64,000 nucleotides of DNA from Eledone cirrhosa (GCA_964016885.1 OZ024748.1:43958001-44022000); one strand, 5' to 3'; counted from the first letter of the stretch, positions 24,786-39,769 are shown. Notes: generated by a model from the letters alone, not told the origin. Numbers and translations: made by a program.

Positions 24786-25505
24786 TCAAAACTTTAGTAG
24801 TTTAGTAAGTGTTGACATGAAACAAGGATATTTGGGGCTGTCACTGGAATTTGGTTCCTGCGGGTCAGAAATATCTTTCAAAAAAGCGACGAGGTCCGTT
24901 GAGGTACCATGTTCGTTCAAAAGATTACATAAGCTTTGCATAAACCACGATCCAGTATTTTCATCTTCTTCAGATGGATGTGAAAGGGACGATGGATAAC
25001 AAATGAGCATATCTGCCGCAGTTGGAGGTTTGTGAGGCCTTCCAAACCTTATGAAGTCAGCATCTTCTTGTTCTATACCAGCCGTGTCACTTTCACAGCA
25101 AGATGAAATAAATATTAATTTAGGCACTCCTGGCAAACGATTACATAGGTCGGATTCCTTTGAAGAAAACAATTCAACTAGTTTAACTTCACCTTCGTAT
25201 CCACAAATAGTATTTTTTTGTTTCCCATGCGTCAGAAATGCAAAAACAATACAAGAAACATCAGTCACTTCATTAGCTTCCTTAATATGACGACGTATTT
25301 GATCGGCTGTACAATCTGTAAGTATTCTGATATTGGCCTTAGGAAACCCAATTTTTTCTAATGCCTCTTTAAAACCCCTTGAGTCTTTCGTCGAGCCATA
25401 ACGTCGTTTAATATTTTTGTCCACGAATAATTCATTGTTGAAGATGTAGGCGTGCCAGTTGTTTTCATTTGAAATACTGTAAGTTTCCAGAAATTCACTT
25501 CCCAT
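24786..25505 (-). CDS. Intronless caspase-like protein (peptidase C14A fold, no prodomain), copy 1
   Basis: IFNN..F, RYGSTKD, FLTHG (catalytic His), PKLIFISSCCE (QACxG position), ADML, GSWFMQSLC, STLTKLLKF. ATG at 25505 has an in-frame TAA upstream. Confidence 0.85.
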   Translation of the reverse strand: MGSEFLETYSISNENNWHAYIFNNELFVDKNIKRRYGSTKDSRGFKEALEKIGFPKANIRILTDCTADQIRRHIKEANEVTDVSCIVFAFLTHGKQKNTICGYEGEVKLVELFSSKESDLCNRLPGVPKLIFISSCCESDTAGIEQEDADFIRFGRPHKPPTAADMLICYPSSLSHPSEEDENTGSWFMQSLCNLLNEHGTSTDLVAFLKDISDPQEPNSSDSPKYPCFMSTLTKLLKF

Positions 25506-26129
25506 GATTGGCAAACAGATTATAAACCTATTTACACCTTATTGAAGTTTTTCTACCTTATGCCTGGGACAGTCGTGGGTGTAGAGTTTTGCAGTGGATG
25601 TAGTCAGAAGCAACTGTCTCTATTTGATCTGTAGTCGTAGCAAATCGCGAGAGTGCTAAATGTCAGCGATTTATATTGGGTATACTTCCTGGTGTGACGT
25701 GACTCTCTTTCGCAAAAGTGAAAGTGGGACAGCGTATGTATGTGTACGCATGCGTTGTGTATAGGCGTTTTTAAGTCAGACACACACATATATATATATA
25801 TCATATTGGGTGCTAAATTTCGATTAGGGTACTTCTCAAAGATGGTAGTTTCTAAATATATCATGTAAACACCCGCTGCAATAGCCACCCCACCTCGCTG
25901 GGCTCCTTTCTCAGACAGGCCGTCGACGTTCCGATCTTGCGGAGGAGCTCGGTAGTACAGGGTCCAAGTACACCTGTGGTCTCGATGGTGACCAGTGCGA
26001 AGAGGAAGCGGCCGGACAATCTCCAGTATTTGTTTATCTTTCCTCTGCATAGTAGGGTACGGTACCGGGATTTGTGGCTGAAACAACTGATTTAGTGGAG
26101 GAGAACGTGTCACAACATGTGACATCCCA

Positions 26130-26505
26130 GATGAGTGATCTATTTCCTTCGAATGGGAAGAGGTTGAAGAAGACCCGACTTCCCACGGGTACAAGCCGAA
26201 GCTGAAGCATATAGACGATATGCCCTCACCCCCTCCCACTACAAAGTGGTTGTGAAGGTGTCATGACAAAAAGCACCCAGTCCATACTGTAAAGTGGTCG
26301 TGTAGGCGCCACGGTAAAAAAGCACATTGTAAATGAGGTTGGTGTTAGGGAGGGCATCCAACTGTAGAAATCAAGCCAAAATCAATTACCGTATGAGCAA
26401 GACAAGGTCACCCTACCTGGCACTGCCCACAACAGAACAACCTGTCTAACCCATGCTAGCGTGGAAGAATGGACTTAAAACGGTGATGATGACAATGATG
26501 ATGAT
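26130..26505 (+). mobile_element. RTE LINE 3' UTR fragment
   Basis: Similar to 32300-32626; ends AAAACGGT followed by an imperfect (GAT)n tail. Confidence 0.75.
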
Positions 26506-26517
26506 ATATAAATTAGG

Positions 26518-26804
26518 GTGAAGGCGCATGGCTTAGTGGTTAGAGTGTGAAGTTGTAAGTTCAATTACTGGACCGAGCTCCAGTTTACCCAGCTGTAGAA
26601 ATGAGTTGTGACGTCACTGGTGCCAAACTACATCGGCCACAGCCTTTCCCTTGGGCAACATGTGTGGCGTGGAGAGAGGAGACTGGTGTGAATGAGTGAC
26701 TGCTGGTCTTCTACAAACAACCTTGTGCGGACTTGTGCCTCGGAGGGTAACTTTCTAGGTGAAAATTCCATGGTCACTCGTGACTCAATGGGGGTCTTTG
26801 GCCG

Positions 26805-26805
<1 letters not shown>
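26518..26805 (+). mobile_element. Second tRNA-derived SINE family
   Basis: Box A-like TGGCTTAGTGG and box B-like AGTTCAATT head, followed by a CCCAGCTGTAGAAATGAGT core. Confidence 0.5.
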
Positions 26806-26849
<44 letters not shown>

Positions 26850-26865
<16 letters not shown>

Positions 26866-26977
26866 TAGATATATGAAGAAAATTCATGAATTTTTTTCAT
26901 GTTTCCCACTCTACTACTCCAAGTTTCGAGTACTCTGGTGCGTTATGGTCTAACTGGTTTTTACCGCCTCTAATCTG

Positions 26978-27030
<53 letters not shown>

Positions 27031-28321
27031 AATATAGAGATAAGCAAGGGTAGGCATAGATATTATTGTTCAATATTATATGATTTATTTGAAAAGGTGG
27101 TGGATTGGCAGTATCAGTAGAGGGTCGGGCGCCATGCTTTGACGGATAGAGTTACGCCCCTTGCCATTCTGAGTTCAAATCCCGCCGAGGTTAACTTTGC
27201 CTTTCATCCTTACGGGGTCGATTAAATAAAGTACCAGTAATGCACTGTGATAATTGCTGGCCTTGTGCCAAAAGTAGAAAATTATAATATATATGTAAAT
27301 TGTGTGAAGTAAAGAGTTACCTCCCTCGGTAGCTGTTTGACGTGAAGGAATTTATTCCCTTTAGCTGCTGCTGCTGCTACTACTACTGCTGCTCTTGCTG
27401 CTCGTGCTACTACTACTGCTGTTGCTACAAATGCAATAGTAGTAGTAGTAGTAGTAGCAGCAGCAGCAGCAGCTAAAAGGAATAAATTCCTTCACGTCAA
27501 ACATCTACCGAGGGAGGTAACTCTTTACTTCACACAATTTACATATATATTATAATTGTTTCTACTTTTGGCACAAGGCCAGCAATTATCTCAGTGCATT
27601 ACTGGTACTTTATTTTATCGACCCCGTAAGGATGAAAGGCAAAGTTAACCTCGGCGGGATTTGAACTCAGACCCTAAAGGGACGTAACGCCGTGCTGCAA
27701 AGCATGGCGTCCGACCCTCTACTGATACTACCAAGGTTTCTGATAAGGCCAGAAATTTGGAGGGGGAAATCGATTAAATCGACCTCAGTGCATTACTGGT
27801 GCTCTATTTTATCGACCCGGTAACGATGGAAGGCAAAGCTAACCTCGGCAGGATTTGAACTCAGATCGTGAACCCTTTACTATAAAGCATGTTGTCCGAC
27901 GCTCTACAGTACTGCTAATCCACTGCCCTAACAAATAAATCATATAATTGTTTCTACTTTTGGCACAAGGCCAGCAATTATCCAGTGCATTACTGGCACT
28001 TTATTTTATCGACTCCGTAAGGAGGAAAGGCAAAGTTAACCTCAGCGGGATTTGAACTCAGAATGGCAAGGGGCGTAACTCTATGCGTCAAAGCATGGCG
28101 TCCGACCCTCTACTGATAATGCCAACCCACCACCTTTACAAATAAATCGTATAATATTGAACAATAATATCTATGCCTACCCTTGTTTATCTCTATATTT
28201 ATACACACACACATACACATATATATCAGATTAGAGGCGGTAAAAACCAGTTAGTACTCGAAACTTGGGTTAGTAGAGTGGGAAACATGAAAAAAATTCA
28301 TGGATTTTCTTTATATATCTA

Positions 28322-28340
<19 letters not shown>
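26850..28340. repeat. Fold-back inverted duplication (~550-bp arms; extra SINEs in the right arm)
   Basis: 26870-27400 mirrors 27435-27670 plus 28050-28320; centre lies in (GCT)n(ACT)n/(AGT)n(AGC)n. Confidence 0.85.
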
Positions 28341-28352
<12 letters not shown>

Positions 28353-28650
28353 GAACAAGTATGACCTCGACGGCAGAGCACAAGCCGTTTTGACGGCTAA
28401 TTCTGGACTAAATAAGAATTTTTAGCCTAGTCAATAAATAGCCGAACTTCTCAGGGGGTAATTCCTTATATGGGAAGATAGTAATTGTCAAAAGGATTGG
28501 TCAAAAATTTGTTGTAAAGACAGATGATTCTATCATGGCATTTAGTGGGAGGTACGGGTAGCTGAACTTGCCGGTAGAACAAAGAGGGAGTGGGGGAAAC
28601 CCAGTCAAGCGTTGAAAGTGAAATCTATACAGCAGATTCTAAGGATATTT

Positions 28651-28709
28651 ATTCTATTATATATATTTCAAGGGTACCAAAATTTTGGTAGGCTATCATC
28701 AGATAAAAT
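28651..28709 (-). ncRNA. Minimal type I hammerhead ribozyme motif (family B'), upstream direct repeat
   Basis: Same sequence as 22504-22562. Confidence 0.6.
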
Positions 28710-29108
28710 ACGAAGTGTGTTTTATAAATTTTGACATAACCAAGGAGAATATACATTAACGGTTCAAGTTTTCCTTGGATAGTTTTCCTATATATATATA
28801 AATATATATATATATGTTACTAGATATAAATTCTTTATAATTATCTCCAATTCATTTGTCGAGCAATATTTGGCCATGACTGCTACTATGGTAGTAAGCT
28901 GGCCGCTGTCTTAATAACCACTCGCTTTCCACTGATTGACCTCGATGTCAGGTGATTGATTCTTTTTGAATTTGCCACAGACGTAGAGGCAGTGATTTTC
29001 TCAATGGCTTGGAATCCAGTCCACGCTTCGCTATTTCCATTCCACTGAATTATTTTTTTAATAAGTTTCCAGTGTCCTCGCTATGCCTGGAGACCTACAC
29101 GGAAAAAG

Positions 29109-29191
29109 ACTTTCCTGATGACGGAATGATTTTCAATATGTTTCTTCGGAAAATATATTTACTCCATTCCAGAAACTAATTAGTTGGAAGT
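29109..29191 (+). ncRNA. HHR-like motif with long stem II insert (family D)
   Basis: ACUUUC-CUGAUGA-CGGAAUG...CAUUCCA-GAAA-CUAAUUAG-UU-GGAAGU. Confidence 0.5.
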
Positions 29192-29357
29192 GATTTTTCA
29201 GTAAGTAAGTTAATTTTATAATTTTCTTATTTTACGTCTCTCATATTATTGTTCTGCAACCCCATGCATTGAACCACAATGTTAATAAGACAAAACCTAT
29301 ATATTTGCTAGCATTGATATGCATCTGTGTGTATATAGATGTTACTAGATATAAATT

Positions 29358-29407
<50 letters not shown>

Positions 29408-29412
<5 letters not shown>

Positions 29413-30186
29413 GTTATTCCGGGTTGAATCGGAGGTAACCACAGTAAGTAAGGTACTCAATACATTGCAGAGTATAAAAGTTTTAATATAGATGAGATTC
29501 TACAGGACTAGAACTGTTTCATTCTTTAGAAATCATCAGGAATCTGGGTATCAAAAAATAAGTATGGTATTTATAGGTCTCTAAAAGTGGTAGGAGAGGG
29601 TGGGGAGTGGGATGGGTGTAGGTCATTGGTTGATAGAAAAGGGAATTCATTAAAAGCTAATTCTACAAAGCTATAGTTTATTTTTATTTATTTTTGTTTT
29701 TAGAGTAACAAAGGCAGACAGAATTCTATAAACAGGTTCAGGATGGCATGCCACTCCTTATTATTAAGTTTCTCTTAAGCTAACAGGTGTCTATAAGATC
29801 AGTGGGGGATCAGTCATGGTAGATAGATTTAAAGGAAAGGGAGATTCTTTAAAAGCTAAATTCATTAAGGTTCTACTAAGTGACAAAGGTTTAGAGAATT
29901 CTGTAGACAAATTCAAAATATTGAGTGCATATCTTACAATTATCCTCAAATTTCTCCTAAACTATTCAACTATATGCCAAAAATCAACAGACACAATTCA
30001 CAAAACACACTCACTCACACACTCGCGTGCACCCATAAACACACATACACATACACATATACACACATATATACACACACACATATAAATATATTCATAT
30101 ATATATATACACATATACATATACATACACACACATACATACTACACATATATATGTATATATATATATATAAAAGTATATATATA
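29408..30186 (-). mobile_element. Penelope-like pLTR (family A), left arm of a large inverted repeat; HHR at 29495-29545
   Basis: Reverse complement of ~38960-39670. Confidence 0.75.
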
Positions 30187-32626
30187 GAGAACTGGGAGTT
30201 CCTAAAAAATAACTTACTAGAGGCGACGGATGAGGTTTGTGGCTGGAGTAAGACCTCAAGCAGGAGGAGAGTGACTTGGTGGTGGAACAATAAGGTAGAT
30301 GAAGCAGTCAAGGCCAAGAGACAGGCATGGAAAGAATGGAAGAACGGGGGAAGCAGGGTACATTACATAGAGACTAAGAGGGAAGCTAGGCGACAAGTAT
30401 ACTTAGCTAGGAGGGAAGCAGAGGATAGAAAATTCAAGCATGTTTTACAACGTGAGGACCAGAAACAGAAGGTATTCAAGATTGCGAGGCAGTGTGTCAG
30501 AGATAGTTGTGATGTCATTGGAGAGAAGTGTATCCGGAATGATAAAGGTGAGCTTGCCCTCACAAGTGCTGAGAAGAAAGATGCATGGAAGAGTCATTAT
30601 GATAGATTACTAAATGAGGAGAATGCATGGAAGAAGAGACCCTACCCCACGTAGACCCTATAGAGGGACCAGCAGTACAAGTCAGCGGCAGCGTAGTAAG
30701 TAAGGCAATCAGAGATATGAAGATACGGAAGGCAACCGGTCCATCGGGTATAGCTGCCGAGATGCTGAAGGCATCTGGGTCTGTAGGTCACACTATAACC
30801 ACACGTATCGTTAACCAGGTAATACTAGAGGGGGCCATACCAAAAGATTGGTGCAGTAGCATCATTGTCAACTGCTACAAAGGTAAAGGCGATGCACTAG
30901 ATAGAGGAAACTATAGAGGTATAAAGTTGATGGACCAGGTCATGAAAGTAACAGAAAGAGTTATAGCACAGCTGATTAGGGACCGGGTGAATATAGACGA
31001 GATGCAATTTGGGTTTGTACCAGAGAAAGGTACCACTGATGCCCTCTTCCTTGTGAGGCAATTACAGGAAAAGTACCTAGCTAAAAGTAAGCCACTCTAC
31101 TTGGCATTTGTCGACCTTGAGAAAGCCTTTGACAGAGTTCCACGTGCAGTAATCTGGTGGGCTCTTAGAAAACTAGGAGTAGATGAATGGCTTGTGAAAG
31201 CTGTACAAGCCATGTATAGGGGAGCAGTCAGCAAAGTTAGGATTAGCAATGAGTATAGCGAGGAATTTAGCGTACAGGTTGGGGTCCACCCGGGCTCTGT
31301 TCTTAGCCCTCTCCTGTTCATCATAGTCCTGCAGGCAATAACGGGGGAGTTTAAAACCGGATGCCCATGGGAACTCCTGTATGCTGATGACCTCGCACTC
31401 ATAGCTGAATCTATGGTAGAACTAGAGAATAAATTCCAAACCTGGAAGCAGGGACTAGAGAGAAAGGGCCTCAAAGTCAACATGACAAAGACTAAGGTCC
31501 TTATAAGTAGACGAGAAAACAGAACCCAGATCCCCTCAGGGAAATGGCCTTGCTCAGTATGTAGGAAAGGTGTAGGTAGGAACTCCATTCTCTGCCCCAA
31601 ATGCAAACAATGGGTACACAAGAGATGTAGCGGGATCTCAGGAAGCTTAATTAAGAATGTAGGATTCACATGCAGCAGCTGTGCTGAAACAGCAAGCAAA
31701 CCGCCACAGGAAACAAGTACCACCAATCTCTGGGAGGGCCCTGTAGAAACAGTAGACAGCTTCTGCTACCTAGGTGACCGAATTAGTAACGGAGGTGGGT
31801 GCTCAGAAAGTACAATAACTAGGGTAAGAACGGGATGGAAGAAGTTTAGGGAACTACTACCACTGCTAGCTGCAAAAGGCTTCTCCCTCAGAATGAAAGG
31901 CAGACTGTATGATGCGTGTATCCGAACAGCGATGTTGCATGGTAGTGAGACCTGGGCGCTGAAGGTGGAAGACTTACGTAGATTAGAGAGAAACGAAGCC
32001 TGCATGCTCCGATGGATGTGTAACAGTAATATACGTGAACGACAAAGCATAAAGGAATTGAGAGAGAGACTGAGCATAAGAGGAATCAAATGCTGCGTGC
32101 AGGAGAGGCGGTTACGCTGGTATGGACATGTGATGCGTATGAAGGATGACAGCTGCATAAAAAGGTGCAGAGCACTAGAAGTTGATGGAAACCGCGGAGT
32201 GGGGAGACCCAAGATGACTTGGGATGAGGTGATAAAAGCCGACCTTACCCCTCTCAAAGTCAATGACACACGACCGTGACTTCTGGCGTCACGCAGTAAT
32301 ACAGGGTACCCGACCTCCCATGGGTACATGCTGAAGCATATAAACAATATGCCCCCACTCCCCCCACCGCAAGGTGGTCGTGGAGGTGCCACGGCAAAAA
32401 AGCACCCAGCCCACACTGTAAAGTGGACGTGTAGGCGCCACGAAAAAGCACCCAGCACTCACTGTAAATGAGGTTGGTGTTAGGAAGGGCATCCAGCTGT
32501 AGAAATCAAGCCAGATCAGTTCCTGTATGAGCAAGGCATGGTCAGCCGACCAGACACTGCCCACAACAGGACAACCCGTCTAACCCATGCTAGCGTGGAA
32601 GAACGGACGTAAAACGGTGATGATGA
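30187..32626 (+). mobile_element. 5'-truncated RTE LINE (RT with internal PHD-like finger), copy 1
   Basis: ORFs 29974-30654 (3' part) and 30627-32279; [24 protein letters not shown]; (GAT)n tail; inserted in (TA)n. Confidence 0.95.
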
Positions 32627-32846
32627 TATATACATACACATACATACACACATATATATATATAAATATATATATACACACAGATACACACATATACACA
32701 TATATAAGGAAAAATTGAACAGGAACAAAACAGACGGGCAGAACAAACAAATGTTTATTAATTTCACGCTCTTGAGGGTGGGGTCACACATACACTCACA
32801 TATATATATATACACACACACACACCCACACATATACGCACACACA

Positions 32847-32891
<45 letters not shown>

Positions 32892-32953
32892 ATACACACA
32901 CACATATATATACATACACATACACACATATATATATATATATATATATACAT

Positions 32954-32996
<43 letters not shown>

Positions 32997-33011
32997 CACA
33001 TACACATACAT

Positions 33012-33073
<62 letters not shown>

Positions 33074-33111
33074 GCACACACATATACATACACACATACA
33101 CATATACATAT

Positions 33112-33184
<73 letters not shown>

Positions 33185-33205
33185 TATATACATATACACA
33201 CATAT

Positions 33206-33240
<35 letters not shown>

Positions 33241-33243
<3 letters not shown>

Positions 33244-35250
33244 GGTCACCCGCATAGTTAACCAAGTCGTACAGAATGGGGTTGTTCCGAAGGACTGGCA
33301 TAGCAGCATCATCGTTAACTGTTATAAGGGTAAAGGAGACGCCCTAGATAGGAGTAACTATAGAGGCATTAAATTAATCGACCAGGTCATGAAGGTCACG
33401 GAAAAAGTAATAGCGCAACTAATCAGAGAGAGAATTGACCTAGATGAAATGCAGTTCGGGTTTGTGTCAGGCAAAAGTACCACAGACGCTCTTTTCATAG
33501 TACGACAACTACAGGAGAAGTACCTAGCTAAAGGTAAACCCCTCTACTTAGCTTTTGTCGACTTGGAGAAAGCCTTCGACAGAGTCCCCCGCTCCATTAT
33601 CTGGTGGGCTCTTAGAAAACTAGGCGTTGACGAATGGCTTGTGAGGGCTATACAAGCCATGTATAAAGAAACAGTCAGCAAGGTTAGAATTAACAACGAA
33701 CATAGTGAAGAGTTTAGCGTAAAAGTTGGCGTCCATCAGGGCTCTGTTCTCAGCCCACTACTATTTATTATTGCCCTTCAGGCTATAACAGAGGAGTTCA
33801 AGACAGGCTGCCCATGGGAACTCCTATACGCAGACGACCTGACACTCATAGCGGAATCAATGGCCGAGCTAGAGAAGAAATTCCAAACATGGAAGCACGG
33901 CCTAGAGTCAAAAGGACTTAAAATTAACCTGGCTAAGACCAAAGTACTAGTTTGTAGGAAAGAAAACAAGGCGGCGGTCCCTTCTGGGAAATGGTCGTGC
34001 TCGGTGTGTAGGAAAGGCGTAGGTAGAAACTCCATTTTATGTCCTAAATGCAAAGTATGGGTGCATAAAAGATGTAGTGGGATCACAGGTAAGCTAACTA
34101 AGAACATAGATTTTACATGTGGCCGGTGCTCTGGTGCAATAAGTAGCAGCAAGTGCCCACAAACTACTAGCTCTTTCAATTGCGCAGAGGGTTCTATAGA
34201 AATAGTGGACAGCTTCCGTTACCTGGGCGATAAAATCAGCAGTGGGGGAGGGTGCTCTGAAAGTACTGTAGCTAGAGTCAGAACTGGTTGGAAAAAGTTC
34301 AGAGAGCTTATACCACTATTAGCTGCTAAAGGGTTCTCACTAAAAATGAAAGGCAGGTTGTACGATGCCTGCATACGAACAGCAATGCTGCATGGCAGTG
34401 AGACCTGGGCATTGTGTGCAGAGGATATACGCTCTGAAAGTACTGTAGCTAGAGTCAGAACTGGTTGGAAAAAGTTCAGAGAGCTTATACCACTATTGGG
34501 CATTGTGTGCAGAGGATATACGCAGACTAGAGAGGAACGAAGCTTGCATGCTCCGCTGGATGTGTAACAGTAATATACGTGAACGGCAAAGCATAAACGA
34601 ACTAAGGAAAAAATTAGAGATAAGAGGGATCAGATGTTGTTTACTCGAGAGAAGGCTACGTTGGTATGGACACGTGATGCGCATGAAAGTCGATAGCTGT
34701 ATAACAAAGTGCAGGGCAATAAAGATAGACGGTAGTCACGGAATAGGCAGACCTAGAAAAACCTGGGACGAGCTGATAAACTCCGACATCACACACTTAC
34801 ACCTCTCCAAGACAATGTCACTGGACCGAGACCTTTGGCGGTACTCAGTAACAGAGAAGACCCGCCTTACCTAAATATATAGTAAAACCTACTCCAGCCA
34901 GTAGGCATCTCTAACAAAATACACCCCCCCCCACCCCCACCCCACCACCCCGTTCTATGTAAAGTTATGTTGGTGCCGCGCCATCGAGGCCGAAACAAAT
35001 GAGATCGTGTAGGTGTCACGACAAAAAAACACACAGTCCACGCTGTAATGTGGCCGTGTAGGCAACACGGTAAAAACCTCCCAGACCCACACTGTAAATG
35101 TGGTTGGTGTTAGGAAGGGCATCCAACTGTAGAAAACCTGCCAGACAGTCCTATGCGAGCAAGACAATCACTCTTGCCTCAAGTGGGACTACCCCCGTCC
35201 AAATCCATGCAAGCGTGGAACACGGACGTTAAACGTTGATGATGATGATG
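33241..35250 (+). mobile_element. 5'-truncated RTE LINE present only in duplicate copy 1
   Basis: ORFs 33242-34567 and 34503-34874, full 3' UTR and (GAT)n tail; the equivalent site near 58490 is empty. Confidence 0.95.
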
Positions 35251-35339
35251 ATTATGATATACACACACATGTACATATATATACATATATACACATACAC
35301 ACATATATATACACAGTCACACACACGCACACACACACA

Positions 35340-35374
<35 letters not shown>

Positions 35375-35548
35375 GCATATACATACACATATATACATAC
35401 ATATACACACATACACACACATATATACACATATACATATACATATACATATATACACATATATACATACATATACATATATATACATAAATAAACACAT
35501 ATACACACATACATACACATACATACACATGCATATACATATATATAC

Positions 35549-35586
<38 letters not shown>

Positions 35587-35690
35587 ACATACACATACAT
35601 ACATATACATATACATATATACACATACACACGAATATACAGACACATACGTACACACATACACACATACGTATACATAAATAAATAAAC

Positions 35691-35739
<49 letters not shown>

Positions 35740-35952
35740 TACATACATATATATATATACACACACACACGTACATACATACACCTACATATACACATAT
35801 ACACACATATATATACACATATACATACATATATATATATATATAAATATATATATACACATACATACGCATACATACACACATATATATACATATACAT
35901 ACATATACACATATATATACATATATACATATACACACATACACATATACAT

Positions 35953-38220
<2,268 letters not shown>

Positions 38221-38226
38221 GTGTAC

Positions 38227-38282
<56 letters not shown>

Positions 38283-38302
38283 ATGTATGTGTATGTGTGT
38301 GT

Positions 38303-38344
<42 letters not shown>

Positions 38345-38349
38345 ATGTG

Positions 38350-38380
<31 letters not shown>

Positions 38381-38476
38381 ATGTGTATGTATATATATAT
38401 GTGTGTGTGTATGTATATATATATATATATAGAGAGAGAGAGATGTGTGTGCGTATATGTGTGGGTGTGGGTGTGG

Positions 38477-38564
<88 letters not shown>

Positions 38565-38661
38565 ATGTGTATATGTATGTGTATGTATGTATTTATATAT
38601 GTATGTGTGTGTATGTGTGTATATATATATATATATATGTATATGTGTGTATGTGTATGTG

Positions 38662-38702
<41 letters not shown>

Positions 38703-39603
38703 ATATATATGTATATATATATGTGTGTGTATATGTATGTATATATATAAATATATGTATGCATGGTGTATGTGTGTGTGTATATATATATGTGTGTGTA
38801 TGTGTGACCTCACCCTCAAGAGCGTGAAATTAATAAACATTTGTTTGTTCTGCCCCTCTGTTTTGTTCCCCGTTCAATTTTTCCTTATATATGTGTATAT
38901 GTGTGTATGTGTGTGTATATATATATTTATATAGATATATGTGTGTATGTATGTGTATGTATATATATATATACTTTTATATATATATATATGCATATAT
39001 ATGTGTGTATGTATGTGTGTGTATGTATATGTATATGTGTATATATATATATGAATATATTTATATGTGTGTGTGTATATATGTGTGTATATGTGTATGT
39101 GTATGTGTGTTTATGGGTGCACGCGAGTGTGTGAGTGAGTGTGTTTTGTGAATTGTGTCTGTTGATTTTTGGTATATAGTTGAATAGTTTAGGAGAAATT
39201 TGAGGATAATTGTAAGATATGCACTCAATATTTTGAATTTGTCTACAGAATTCTCTAAACCTTTGTCACTTAGTAGAACCTTAATGAATTTAGCTTTTAA
39301 AGAATCTCCCTTTCATTTAAATCTATCTACCATGACTGACGCCCCACTGATCTTATAGACACCTGTTAGCTTAAGAGAAACTTAATAATAAGGAGTGGCA
39401 TGCCATCCTGAACCTGTTTATAGAATTCTGTCTGCCTTTGTTACTCTAAAAACAAAAATAAATAAAAATAAACTATAGCTTTGTAGAATTAGCTTTTAAT
39501 GAATTCCCTTTTCTTTCAACCAATGACCTACACCCATCCCACTCCCCACCCTCTCCTACCACTTTTAAAGACCTATAAATACCATACTTATTTTCTGATA
39601 CCC

Positions 39604-39654
39604 AGATTCCTGATGATTTCTAAAGAATGAAACAGTTCTAGTCCTGTAGAATCT
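39604..39654 (+). ncRNA. Type I hammerhead ribozyme motif (family A)
   Basis: AGAUUC-CUGAUGA-UUUCUAAAGAAU-GAAA-CAG UUCUAGUC CUG-UA-GAAUCU; TATAAATA ~25 bp upstream, CCAAT further upstream, ATTAAA downstream. Confidence 0.75.
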
Positions 39655-39728
39655 CATCTATATTAAAACTATATATATATATATATATATTGGCTTGGCT
39701 GCTGATCGAACTTCGAATATGCTGTACT

Positions 39729-39769
<41 letters not shown>

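Noticed and set aside
25604-26239. 211-aa ORF upstream of the caspase as a possible prodomain
   Set aside because: Begins in an antisense RTE 3' UTR, shows no CARD/DED-like pattern, and is separated from the caspase by stops with no convincing splice sites.
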